This document shows, piece by piece, positions 11,771-23,897 of a stretch of 51,866 nt of DNA; the stretch's first letter is position 1; each line of letters opens with the position of its first letter. This stretch comes from Octopus bimaculoides (lineage: Eukaryota): assembly GCF_001194135.2 (NCBI RefSeq), contig NC_068986.1, positions 5,686,996-5,738,861 on the forward strand, written 5' to 3'. The position numbers and the translations under genes were made by a program. Under the pieces are notes generated by a model. The model saw only the letters and a list, made by a program, of their open reading frames with translations, was not told where the DNA came from and made no database searches.

Positions 11771-12734
11771 TTTTACACTGTTTGTATGGTTTGATTCAGT
11801 TGTGTGATGTTGATAAGCCACAAAAATGGTCAAATATTGGTATCCATCACTCCTGAATCGGATTAGAGGTGAGTTGTCTCAACTGTCTATGACCTTCAGG
11901 TGTTTTAACACCCAGTGCTTTGAGGGAGTCATCCCCACCACGCTAAACTGCAGCATACTGGTGAACAAGTAAAACTCATATATTGAATATATGCGGTTGG
12001 TAGTGTTTGCAACACTAGTGCTGATTCTAATTCATAACTGAATATAAAGTAACTTAAAATTATCACAACAATTTTCAAAAAGTTCCATTTTGCAGACCTG
12101 TGTAATTTTAGGAAGGTGTCTCTAGACACCCTCATAGGCATTCTTCGTTTTGCAGGATGCTGAGAATGTAACAGCTGGAGGGAGAGATGGCTGCTTTAGT
12201 AACTGGCTGGTAGTCATTTTCAGCTGAGTAAACTGGAGCAATATGAAATAAAGTGTATTGCTGGTCTAGGAATTCGGGATTATGAGCTGAACAGCTTAAC
12301 CAGCAGGACATATGACTTTATGAATAAATAAAAATAGAAGAAAATCAAATGAAAAAGAGAAACAAATATTCAGGGTGTGTAGAAAAAGTTTGTATGGAGA
12401 GTTGGAAATAGATTAATATATAACTATTTTAGCATATTTCAAAAACTAATTGTGTTTATTTCAATTCACAATAATTATTCTTGACAATAATTTTAAATAA
12501 TTTGTTGCTCCAACCCCATCCGCAATCCCTTCAGTTGACTTTTGTAATATTTACCTAACATATTACTAATACTGATAAAGTAAATTATTGATCCACCGTA
12601 AGTGGTTTTGAAAAAGAATTTCAGTAACATTGAATTATAGGAAAGACTTTATCTTTTTCTCCATGTTAGATTTTTCTTCAGATGAAAATATGATATATAT
12701 ATTTTTTTTTTTAACTCATTAATGAATTCAGGTA

Positions 12735-12740
12735 TTTATT
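12735..12740 (-). terminator. Candidate polyadenylation signal (AATAAA) of L3HYPDH
   Basis: AATAAA on the minus strand about 80 nt after the stop codon; position only. Confidence 0.3.
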
Positions 12741-12818
12741 ATAATTAATTTGATTTAATATGAATGGAATTACAGATATTTGATTTTTGTAGAAATGGTG
12801 AATCTTCATAAAAAATAA

Positions 12819-13082
12819 TCAATGAAGTAGAAACCCTTTTCCCAATGCATCTCCCTTTTCATAAATGAAAGTGTTTTGTCCACAATAGAATGCTTCACCA
12901 GTTACTTCAACACGAACTGCTGCCTGATCTCCAACATTAACTGCCTCAACAGGACATCCTGTAAATTCTCCTTGTGTTGTTGAACTTATAAAAGAAACCT
13001 TTTCATGCATTTTTATCTGGCCTTTGCCAAGCATCAAAGCAATGCGGGCTGTAACACCTGAACCCGTGGGTGAGCGATCCAC
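12819..13082 (-). CDS. L3HYPDH: L3HYPDH exon 5 (to stop)
   Basis: cag|VDRSPTGSGVTARIAL...EKGDALGKGFLLH*. Confidence 0.95.
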   Translation of the reverse strand: MDRSPTGSGVTARIALMLGKGQIKMHEKVSFISSTTQGEFTGCPVEAVNVGDQAAVRVEVTGEAFYCGQNTFIYEKGDALGKGFLLH

Positions 13083-16000
13083 CTGAAAAAAGCAAAAGAA
13101 AATTTGGTAAAATATGTTAATTTTCTTATGAAAACTAAGTTAAATAATTACTATAACAAAAAAATAACTTCTTGATTGAATATAGAGAATCATGGAAGCA
13201 GAATAACATATTTTGCTTAGAGACACAATATAACATTTAGGGTAGAACTCAAATTCATTAACTGAGAATTTTGGTAATGACTTTGAAGTTAACCATTAAT
13301 AAGTAAGAGTTGTATCATGTGCTTAAATTTACAGAACCACTGATAAACATAAACTTTGTGTATTATAAAGTTAGATGTGTTTTCACACCTTTTACCATAA
13401 GAGAAATATTTCTCCATGGTGACTGCAGTATTTAGCAGCCTTTTAGCAGTTGAACTATGTCACAAACATATTTTAACTAACCTAAATTTTGCTATTGCCC
13501 AAATACTGCTTGGTGCTAACATTTTGTTAAAATTAGATATTAATACTTGTACTATGCAACTCTAAACAAATGATTGGTTTGTTCTATAGTAGATAGCTAC
13601 TGTCTTCCATCAGGAAATTAAAGCACTAACTTTATGCATTTGATTACTCCAGGAAGCCTCATTTCCTGCAAATACAGTAAAACTTGTAAGTTAGAATAAG
13701 AGGTTAGGGAGTCTTGTTAAAACTCTGTATTTGTTGCCATGATCTGCTGCAACTTCTCCATCACAAGTGCTACAAGTTCTTGCAGCCATAATACCCAATT
13801 CATAAATCAACATTAAAAAGTATTGAATTAGGGTTTCCGAGCGAGATCGTTGCCAGTGCCCCTGGACTGGCTCTTGTACGGGTGGAACATAAAAGACACC
13901 ATTTCGAGCGTGGCCGTTTTCGTGCGGGTGACACGTAAAAGCACCCACTACACTCTCTGAGTGGTTGGCGTTAGGAAGGGCATCCAGCTGTAGAAACTCT
14001 GCCAAATTAGATTGGAGTCTGGTGTTGCCATCCGGTTTCACCAGTCCTCAGTCAAATCGTCCAACCCATGCTAGCATGGAAAGCGGACGTTAAACGATGA
14101 TGATGATGATGATGATGAATTGTGATCAAAATACTCAAAGTTCTATGGAACAATTTAAGAATATATCGGGTTTTTTGTAGCAACAGAGATTAGCTGTTAA
14201 ACAAATGTGAAAGCAGAGTGACAGAATTTTTTTTTCCCCAGTAATGATGTAAAGATTGGTTCCTAGGTTACAAATTTCAGTTAGTAATGAAAAATTGCAA
14301 TGGTTTTGTTAATGGTTCAGCTTTATTTCTGAGACACAAATTTAGAACAAAATGAAATCTTGTCTCAGGCAATGATTTGTTTAATAGCTTATGGGAAATA
14401 TTCAAGGAAATAAAATTGTGTAAAAATAAAAAATAACTGTAATAAATATTAACATTACCTGTTCATCAGCAAAAACACAGATGTTTGCTGTCTTTATTTC
14501 TCCATTTTTCTCTGGTATCATATCATCCGTAAGAATAGTTCCGTAGAGAAAGCTGAGAGCTGGACTTTCAGGATGAATTATTTCTTCTTGTTTAACAGTC
14601 TCTACAATTAGAACATTTGAAAGATTAAAACAGTTAATTTATTTTATAAAGAAAATGTAAATGATATTATGTTTCCTTGTTCAAGAATTCATCTTCTATA
14701 TGCATTAGCCAACCAGCTGAAAAATAAAACAATATTAAAATTTTCTCCAGCAATGGCATGTAGGTTAATTACTTATCTGACATCTGGAGTACAGAGTAGA
14801 AAACTGATCTAATTTACTTAGAATAATTATACAAACAGCTATAGTAAGTAGGTTCATTATCTTTGACTTGAGTTACTTCTAGAATTTATCTGAAACCCAA
14901 ACATATAAAAGATTCAGCTTATCTCAAAGAAAATTGTTCATAAAATATTTGGTGCCCCTACACTTTTACACCTCAAAGAAAGTCAAGTCACTTTTCATAT
15001 GTATAGAGTGCCACGTTTCATTCTTTTTTATAGTTAATTTTCCGGCAGACAGACCGATCTAATTCATATAAATGAAATACACACAGTCTTCAGTTTGAAC
15101 ATGAGCAGCATGGCTGTGTGGTAAGAAGCTTGCTTCTCAACCACATGATTCTGGGTTCAGTCCCACTGCATGTCTTCTACTATAACCTCAGGCTAACTAA
15201 AGCCCCTTGTGAGTGGATTTGGTAGACCGAAACTGAAAGAAGCCCGTTGTATATGTATATATGGATGTGTGTGTGTAACTCGTTTATGAAAACTATTTGA
15301 AGAAAATCTCTTATTAGTCATAACTGAAGCTTTTGATAAAGAATATGTCTTAAATCTTTTTATTCTCATTTTGTATTTTCACTCCATTCAGTCAGGTCTG
15401 TAGACTAGGTATTTTTTTTTCCTAATTAACCCTTCAGCGTTCAGATTATTCTATCAAATGTAATGCTTATTGATTCATATTGTTATCAATTAATCATGCA
15501 TTATCTGATAGCTTTAAGATTTTGATGATGTGATTTTTTATTTTCAGAATGAAATTATAGGGCAGATAGCAGAGGACAGATCTGGCCAGACTAAGCATAA
15601 AACAGGTAGAATATTTTAGCCAGATATGCTTGATTTGAATGCTAAAGGGTCTAAAAGTAATTAATTTTTAATTACATAATTTCTTAAACATTTGTAAACA
15701 TTGAGATGTATTGTATATTCAAAGAGCATACAGTACATCTTATTGAAATAAATTAGCTTGTTCTATCTTTTCGAACATTAATAATAATTTAAAGAAAGAA
15801 GTGTGAAAGTAGTGTGTAATGTGAAAGTGTAGGAGTGCTGGATATTTTTTTGTTTAATATTGAAATAAACAAATACTCCATTTTTGTTGAATAATTTGTC
15901 TCACAACCCATAGAAATGATAGCAAAAGCATTACTGCTAAGAAAAGCCAACAAAATTTATTATCTTAGAATTATAACAAATATAGTATTAATATACAACA

Positions 16001-19000
16001 ATTATGAATTCTGGGACACTTTCAGTTGTAATAATATTTACTTTTCTAACAAAGAAGCAATGGTTGTTAATTGATTATCTCACAGCATAATTCAATTTCT
16101 GTTGTGCACACTTCTTTCCCAAGTGGCTGCAATTAAGATGCGTTTCACCATGCACCAGGAATTTTTGTCCCCTATTAGCATTGGTAGATCCTCAATTTCA
16201 TGTGGGCCTCTATCAATAACAACAATATAGTAAAGATTGGTTGCCAGTATAACATGGCAGTCCTGGTTTAGGACAAATGTAGCTGTAATTTAGCCCCAGT
16301 AGACATTGTCTCCAGCTAGCTATACGACACGATCTGTGTCTTTATATTTTCGAACAAGGGAACCTAGCGCTCCCACTCAGCTCAAAACAATATCTGTGTA
16401 TTGCGATTTCTGGGTTATTTCCCTTCATCGCGATACAGATATTGTTTTGAGCTGAGTGGGGGTGCTAGGACACATCGTGTTGTATAGCCAGCTGGAGACG
16501 ATGTCTCCTGAGTCTAAATTACAGCAACATTCATCCTAAACCAGGACTGCTATGTTATATTGGCAAACAATCTTTACTCCAAAGTACTGTTACTGAATAT
16601 CTCTCATTGTGAGATTTAAAAATAGTAATCTTCTAACAACAATGTAGTTCAGTGGTTTTTGTTCTGTATTAGGGTGCAGAGGTTTCCAAAATACAGCATC
16701 TGATTTGGCTTGGTGTTCAGCATATATTTGTGGTTCTTGTAAATATTTGTAATTAACTCTACTACAATATTTGTTATATGATGTCTCAGAGTAATCAGGC
16801 GGCAATCTATACTAATTTGAAATAAAGTTAATCTTCATTTCTTTCATTCTTGAGTTCTAATAGTTTATAGTTTAGTCCTAATGAGAACAAGGACTATAGC
16901 AGGATGGTTAAATCAATTCTAGTAATAAGGTAATGAGCAAAGACACTTTGATTAATTAAAATTATATCTGTTGCAATGACAGAAGAATTATTAATTTAAT
17001 TATTAATTCTGTCAAAAAATGTAGGGAAAACAGCAGCAAAAGTTGAATTAGTTAAAAATAGAATGTAGACGGTGGTGCACCAGCATGACCGCAGCCACTT
17101 GGCTGAAACACATAAATAAATAAATAAAATATAAGACAGTCTGATGGTGACCACTGCAGACATGTTTCAAACTTATCTGACCCACTAATGTTATACATAG
17201 ATCATATAAAAACATACCCTATTCTTACACTAGTTTAAGTCTTTGGACTGCTGTCTTGTTAGTGTGCCATTTCAAAAGTTTTTGCTGATCAGATTGGGTT
17301 CAAATTTTGGCAGAAGGCTAGCAATTTCAAGAGCAAGTTAAGTCAAATGGTACTTTTTTTGCTAGTCATATTAAACTCCAGTACTTCTTGCATTACCAAA
17401 TGTTACCTTTTTGACACATCACTGGTTTTCACACTAGTAAACATAAGCACACATGCACATCATCCTTATTGTTTTTATATCATTTTTTTCTTTCTCATGC
17501 TGGTATGGGTTGGATAAGACTTCTATGGCTAGATGCCTTTCCTGATGTCAACCCATGTTTTTCAAGTAAGATACCTTATTTCATGTATTTGCACATTGAA
17601 CTGCAGCTGGCAGTTTTGTCCGTGGAAGACATAACCATGTCACCACCGTTGAAACAAGGACAGTGCAAAGATAAACAGAGATAACGCTCACATATCTTAT
17701 GTAACTACACACAAAACAGGCTTCCATACAGTTTCTTTCAACTAAACATCCATTATGAGAAATTGGTCAGTCTGAGACTATAAGAGATGACACTTGTCAA
17801 AAGTGCCATGCAGTGAAACAGAACCCAAAATCATGTGACTGAAAAGCAATTTTCTTTATCACATAGCTATATGTCTGCGTCTTCTTAACCCCACAGCCAT
17901 GAAAAACAGAATAAGAAAACAACAAAAGTGGACTACAATGCTATGAGACTGCTCAAGATATTTTATTTACACAATCCAGAAATAGACGTTCCCTGGATAT
18001 TTCTTTAAAATACTCATGGATTTTAGCATAAATAACTGAATATTCAATATGTACAAAATATCTAGAGAAATCAAAATTTTCAAACCAACTTGAAAACCCA
18101 TAAAAGATAAAGGTTTTAAGATGTTTCTTTTTTAATTGCATTAATTTTTCTTACCAGTTATACAGGTAGCCGCTGATACAAGTTCATGAAGCTTTGATTT
18201 GTTTAGATCTAATCCAAGACGACTAGCAGGTAGTATTGCATAAAATGCTCCACCATAGCCGACATCCAAAGTAATGGTTCCAAATTTAGGTACATCTACC
18301 TGGATATCTAAAATGCAAATTCTAAAATTGTAACATTGAATTTTCTGGCAGCAGATTTAAAATATGACTCAAGAATATGTTTACAATGAGAGTAGAAAAT
18401 ATGAAAGAGATTTTGAAAAGTTAGTTAACAAGTTTGTAAAAGAAAAATATCTAATTATGATTCTAAAATTACAATCAATCCACATAGTTAGGTACTGTAG
18501 TTCTGCCATTCAAATAACCCAAAGATGGGTGATAAACAGCCTTATATAAATTTTTTAAATGTTTGACAATGTTGTGTCCATATTTAAGATGTGATGTATA
18601 CCTAAATAGATGTTGATATGAAAAGGGACAAAAACTAAGATACTTTATAGACCAGCAAAAACAAAGAAAGAAAGAATAATATATATATTGATTTGATCAA
18701 TAACTATATCATTCTATACTATTTGATAGTATAAAGTAGTTATTGATTTGATCAAAATAAATTATATGGTCAATTTCTATTATTATTCTCCTCACAATTT
18801 TTATTCAACCTTCTGCTTATCTTTTCACATGTCAAGGATTAAAAGATTTTTACATTATTCAATAGCTGCTGATGTATAATCCAACCGGTCTATTAATGCA
18901 ATATAATCTTCTTTCTATGAAACAGATATGACTTTTTATCCCTGATGTTTGAGAAAAAAAATTAAACAAACAAATAAAATATTAAATAATGTCATAGTTG

Positions 19001-22000
19001 TCATAAGAGCTACAGAAACCAACGACACAAAATGTACGGGGATATATGTTTCATCATGGTTGCTGAATGATGTTATAATAATTGTCCTTACCTCTAGAAT
19101 GTATAAAAGCTGGAACACTGTGGAATCTAACAGCTCCAGACCGACCATTATTGTAGGAAACATAGGTTTTTACCAAACCACATGGACACTGGATATTAAC
19201 TGGAGTTTCTGGACTAGTTATTGTTTTCACATAACCTTTATCAACAGCATATCTTTTGGAAAGAAAAAATAGTGATTAGTTCTATTACTATGATTACAAA
19301 AGAGTAAAAGATAGAATTGGTGCAGATTGATTGAATAGTACCATTTGGCTACGGAAGAAGTGACCCTCCCATTTACCACAACATCCAGGACACACTGTGG
19401 TGTCCCAGATGAGGCACCTATCTCTTACCCAAGGACAAAGAGTAAAACCATCTGGTCTCTTCTCATCACTTCTGAATAATTCCACTGGCTCCAGAACTGA
19501 GGGGATATTAACCCAAGCCAGGGCCTGCTTAATGATTAAATTTAGCTCGGTATGATGACCAGCATTTAGGCTGCAAAACAAACCATGAAGGCCTGTGGAG
19601 TCAAGGGGCCTAGTACAACTTCTCAGTCCCCCACAGAAGTCAGCTCCTGCTGAGTGCAATGGAGATGCGGAACTTCATCCAGACTAAATTAACCACCAAT
19701 GTTGGTCACAGGCAGGGTATCAACCCAGGCCCTTGAGAATTTTGCACTTGCAGAGAGAAGACAACACCTTGAAAATTGATTAGGTTGATCAAAGAGAGAG
19801 TTGAAAGTAGCACCTGAGCACAGATTGTCTCATACTCTCTGTTTCCATCTATCCTCAGCTATATCAGGAACTAACAAACCCAGTGCTTTCCACTGTTGTA
19901 GAGCTTCATCCATCTCGCTGTTGGAACTAATCTATGTTGGAAAAAAGAGGATGTTGCCTACCAAAGGGGAGCAGGCATGGATAGAGGAAAGAAAACAGGG
20001 AAGAGACAAAGACAAGCACTTATGCAAACCAAGACTCCCAAAACGTTTGGGCAAAGCAACCTGGATATGGGACTCTAGAGAAAGTCTGACGTTGACCAAG
20101 CATTCGAGTTCCCTGAGAGCATTGGAGAGAAGATGAGAATAAATAAAAGATACAATAGCTTAGGAATCGACAAGTAATTCCCAAGGATAAAAAAAAAACC
20201 TTGGTGGGCTCAATTACCTCAAGGTTTTTTAAGAGTTGCTCAAGGCTAGCCATCTTGGATAGATGGACTTGAAAGGTCAGTCAGTAATTGGGGTTCCAAG
20301 AAATAGCCACACTGATGAGGGCAGAATCACGACAGAGGGGAAGGGATCTGTAAACAGGTTTACAGTTTGATGAAGTGAAACTGGATGGTTGAAGAACTAG
20401 CTTTTGCATGTATGTTTTTGTTTTTTTGTTGTTATCCCTCTCCCCACCTTTGTTACCAAGCTGCTGGGTATGTTGGTCGGAATTGGATTCTGTTGGTTTG
20501 GATGTTTTAATGCATATACTGTGTTGCCGGATCACCAAGAAAAATTAGTTAATGAAAATGGAAATAAATTAGACTGCATATATTTACTTTCAAAACGATG
20601 TTCCAGAAAATCACAAGCTTACTTCTATTCGGAATATAGAAACGATTCCCATTATTCTGCATCTGTCCTAAATTATTCAAGGCTGCATGTTGTGGTTCTG
20701 ATGGGCCTTTAGCTGCTATTTCAGTATATCGCACGACCAAATGGAGAGAGACAGTGGTTAGACGAAGTGAGTGAAATGGTTGAATTGATATGCGGCTGTC
20801 TTGTGTTTACTGAAGAATTTCTTTTAGAATTTGTTCGTCTACATTACTTTAAGTCGATGTGTCGCTGTCTTGTCAACAAATGAATTTCAGGGCTATGGTA
20901 CCGCGATATTGCATGTAGCCTTACACGTAACATAGTAAAAGAGAATTAGCGGATGTCAGGAATAGGTCGCCCATATAAGTTGGAATTTCTGTTTTGATGA
21001 GGATTTTTCAGATTGTTTTCCAAGTGCCTTTGGAAACGATGGGAGGTGGGACATCTTTTGAACTAAAAAAAATGTCAAAGACAATGGGTTTACTCCCCTC
21101 AAACTCACCCACCCACGGGCCGATTTTATGGGCACTACACACTTAAAAATCATAGGAAAAGCCTTTTCGAGAGGAAAAAAAATTGGTAATTATTTTCAGA
21201 TGAAAAAGTGAGATTTAAGGGAGATTTGGTTGTTGTTTCTAGCATATCCCATGACCACCTTTCTCGTTTCTTTCTCACTGACAAGTATTGACGTTTTCAG
21301 TATTTTTCTCCACATTAATAGCATAAACTCATCTATATTATTTTTTTTTAATGTTTTTTTGAAAATCTATGATTTTATCAACCCGGTCCGCCAAATTTCG
21401 ATATCAAGATACGACAGCAGAGAAAAAGTAATACATCTCCGCACCAAAACCATTTTTATTCTTTAGAAATTATCTCCTGTTTCTGTTGATCCTCTCAGAT
21501 TTCTTCTTGCTGACCTAACATGCTAACAATGAATGAAATTATAGTTACAAAATGAAATTGTAACAGATAAAGGGTTGACTTGGGATAAAAGAAATGCTAC
21601 CATTGTTGAAAATTTCCCATATGCACCTTGTTGTAGGCGAGCATTGGTCCAAAATTCTTACGTGTCAATGAATGGGTTTCTTCATTTGTTTAATGCCGCT
21701 ATTTCTGTAACGATAATTGGGACCGTCGCAAATGGATCCCCAAAATTGAAAAAGAAATCTTCATCGAATCTCTGATTCCACGTGAATTCAGAAGAGCCGA
21801 TTACGTACTGCAAATTCGGACACAGAAAATTGAAGATATTCAACTTTAAATATTATTTTGAAAAAGTTTGAGCTGTTTCAGGGTGCTAGTTTCGATACCA
21901 AAGTTAGGTGTATGAAGATGACGACAATCATTGCAACAATAACAATGATAACATCACTATCGTATGTAGACATGTTAGAAATAGCAACCAATTTTCCCTA

Positions 22001-22673
22001 AAATCACATCTTTCTCTTTTATGTATGCATGAACCAATCAGAAAGACTTCGTAATGAGGAATGTTAAAAACAGTAGCTAATCTTCCCACATGACAATTTT
22101 CTGTCGAATTTGATAAGACACCTAAGTATTGCCAGTGACCTGTGTTAATTAACAAATTAATTTGTGCGACATTTTCCAAGAGTAAAAGTTAACCTCCTCC
22201 AGGTACTAACGTAAAATAATAATGTTATACAGTTTACTCTGAGAAGCTAATGTGGTTATTTTTAAAATTACATTTGCTCAGTTTAAATTTAGAGAATACA
22301 TTTCGAGTTTTTCAAAGATTCATCCTTACCTTCCTAATGCAATCACCGCATGTCCACACATTGTACTGAAACCTTCATTGTGCATAAACAAAACTGCAAT
22401 ATCGGCCGAGGGAACGTTAGGTTTGACCAAAATGGCACCGTACATATCAAAATGTCCTCGAGGTTCATACATTAAAAACCTTCGGTAAGCGTCAAGACGC
22501 AACTTAACATATTTCATTTTATCTAAAATGTTTTCCCCTTCCACTGGTGGAAAACCAGTTTCTACAATCCTTAGGGGTTCCCCTGCAGTGTGCATTTCAG
22601 TAGTTGTAATTTTTGTGTTATTATCTATGGTTTGATTTTCAGAAATTTGTTCCTTAATCGCCGGTTCTGTCAT
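12819..22673 (-). CDS. L3HYPDH: Trans-3-hydroxy-L-proline dehydratase (proline racemase family), complete, 354 aa; complement(join(12819..13082,14459..14601,18155..18307,19092..19252,22330..22673))
   Basis: 1065-nt in-phase join with GT-AG introns. Motifs MHTAGEPLRI, LMYEPRGHFDMYGA, STMCGHA, VNIQCPCGLV, DVGYGGAFYA, FLYGTILTD, ANICVFADEQVDRSPTGSGVTAR. Confidence 0.97.
13841..14117 (+). mobile_element. RTE 3' tail copy in L3HYPDH intron 4
   Basis: Near-identical to 1-229; (GAT)n tail. Confidence 0.8.
14459..14601 (-). CDS. L3HYPDH: L3HYPDH exon 4
   Basis: ETVKQEEIIHPESPALSFLYGTILTDDMIPEKNGEIKTANICVFADEQ; tag|...|gtaatg. Confidence 0.95.
15103..15270 (+). mobile_element. tRNA-derived SINE of a second family; related degenerate copies near 2230, 4115, 17700, 42760, 45190 and 50200
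   Basis: GCATGGCTGTGTGGTAAGAAGCTTGCTTC...GGGTTCAGTCCCACTG head with A/B-box-like motifs; CTTGTGAGTGGATTTGGTAGAC..AACTGAAAGAAGCCCG tail followed by (TA/TG)n. Confidence 0.65.
15430..15649 (+). mobile_element. piggyBac-type MITE, about 220 bp
   Basis: TTAA|CCCTTCAG...GCTAAAGGG ends; several homologues in the window. Confidence 0.7.
16229..16578. mobile_element. Fold-back MITE (almost fully palindromic, about 350 bp) in L3HYPDH intron 3
   Basis: AGTAAAGATTGGTTGCCAGTATAACAT... pairs with ...ATGTTATATTGGCAAACAATCTTTACT; inner arms CTCAGCTCAAAACAATATCTGT / ACAGATATTGTTTTGAGCTGAG. TSD not clear. Confidence 0.8.
18155..18307 (-). CDS. L3HYPDH: L3HYPDH exon 3
   Basis: DIQVDVPKFGTITLDVGYGGAFYAILPASRLGLDLNKSKLHELVSAATCIT; tag|...|gtaaga. 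Confidence 0.95.
19092..19252 (-). CDS. L3HYPDH: L3HYPDH exon 2
   Basis: YAVDKGYVKTITSPETPVNIQCPCGLVKTYVSYNNGRSGAVRFHSVPAFIHSR; aag|...|gtaagg. Confidence 0.95.
19330..20330 (-). mobile_element. Degenerate CRE-like non-LTR retrotransposon (Zn-finger/REL endonuclease end)
   Basis: SRAWVDTLPVTNIG, FRISIAL, LDSTGLHGLFCSLNAG..HTELNLIIKQAL..IPSVLEPVELFRSDEKRPDGFTLCPW..RCLIWDTT match the CCHC and R(P)D..D endonuclease motifs of CRE elements. Confidence 0.7.
22330..22673 (-). CDS. L3HYPDH: L3HYPDH exon 1
   Basis: MTEPAIKEQ...FSTMCGHAVIALG+AG|gtaagg; in-frame TAA five codons upstream of the ATG. Confidence 0.93.
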
Positions 22674-22992
22674 GTTCTTTTCGTGTTATATACTGGTTAT
22701 AGAGTTACTTGTTACTTTCTAGATTGAAGTATCGTTTAAGCTATCAGCTCTGTGAATTTCAGATTTCGAAGGTACAAGTAGTTCTGTAGCTGCCCTATTT
22801 GTGATATCTGATGAGATATCTTGATCATATGTATCTTTTCTCTCGCTCTCAATTTTCGTCAAGCACTTCTTACTATCGCGCCTTTCTTCGCATTTCAGAA
22901 ATTAATTTAGGCAGGGAGTTTTTATTACACATTTGACTTTGAGAAAAAATGTACTTTTTCTTTTTTACAAATGTTCACAACCTTACAAAACC

Positions 22993-23239
22993 GGTAATCT
23001 TCAAGTTTAGGGGATAAAAAAAATAAATAAAAATATTCAAGGGAAATAACTGAACGACTTACCAGTATTATCCGTTTTCTTCTAGCTGTTTGTAAATAAA
23101 TCACACCCTAACGTCAATCAAATCACGTGTATGATTTATTTATAAACAGAGATGTACGGAGAATACTGGTAAGACGTTCAGTTACTTCCCTTGAATATTT
23201 TTTTATATTTTTTTTATCCCCCTAAACTTGAAGATTACC
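22993..23239. repeat. Inverted repeat (about 83-bp arms, 80-bp spacer), probably a MITE, about 320 nt upstream of the L3HYPDH ATG
   Basis: GGTAATCTTCAAGTTTAGGGGATAAAA...CTTACCAGTATTATCCGT pairs with ACGGAGAATACTGGTAAG...TTATCCCCTAAACTTGAAGATTACC. Confidence 0.9.
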
Positions 23240-23465
23240 ACAAAACCTATATCAGTTAAGCAAATAACCTGCTCTAACTACATTAAAAACATTATAGGAT
23301 AATCTGGACACTGTTTCAGAAAATTATCACTGTTCTCTTCGAGCATAAAAAAGACAAATTTTAGTTGGGGCAAAATGTGTTAGCCAAGATAAGGTACATT
23401 TGCCTCTTCAATTTTCCAGAATTACATTTGACAAAAGACTCATACACGCTAATATCCATTCTTAG

Positions 23466-23628
23466 CACTAGCGTAGCTGGTGGACGGGAGGGGGGTCCCC
23501 CCCCCCCGGGCGGTACTTTTAAAGGGGCTGCACTTTTGGGTCTGCAGTAGGCAATGTGTCTTTTGTGGAGCCCGGGGAGGCAGACGGAAGGGCCGCCCCG
23601 GGTGGCACACACTCTTGCTACGCTAGTG
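23466..23628. mobile_element. GC-rich hAT-type MITE, 163 bp
   Basis: Perfect 12-bp TIR CACTAGCGTAGC / GCTACGCTAGTG; 8-bp TSD ATTCTTAG / ATTTTTAG (7 of 8). Confidence 0.85.
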
Positions 23629-23828
23629 ATTTTTAGACATCAAAAATGTAACAAAAATTTAAAATATAGTTCAGCGTCTCCCAACCTATTTTCCTCTAGG
23701 CCCACTATAACTTCCTAGAAAAATGTACGCCCTACTGTTGGGTGCCCCCCCCCCCCAAAAAAGACGACTTTATTTCTAATATTTTATCACAATTATTTAA
23801 GATAAAAGAATCTACTGGTAACTTTTGG

Positions 23829-23897
23829 GGATCTTTCTGTAGAAAACACACTAAATAAAACAAATAAAAAGTGGCGCCCGCCAAATCAGAAAGATCC
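23829..23897. mobile_element. 69-bp mini-derivative of the GGATC-TIR hAT family
   Basis: GGATCTTTCTG...GGCGCCCGCCAAATCAGAAAGATCC; flanks ACTTTTGG / ACTTTTTT. Confidence 0.7.

Noticed and set aside
21878-21973. 31-aa single-pass membrane micropeptide MSTYDSDVIIVIVAMIVVIFIHLTLVSKLAP* on the minus strand
   Set aside because: The hydrophobic run derives from a decayed (GTT/ATT/GTC)n trinucleotide tract, and there is no independent evidence of expression.
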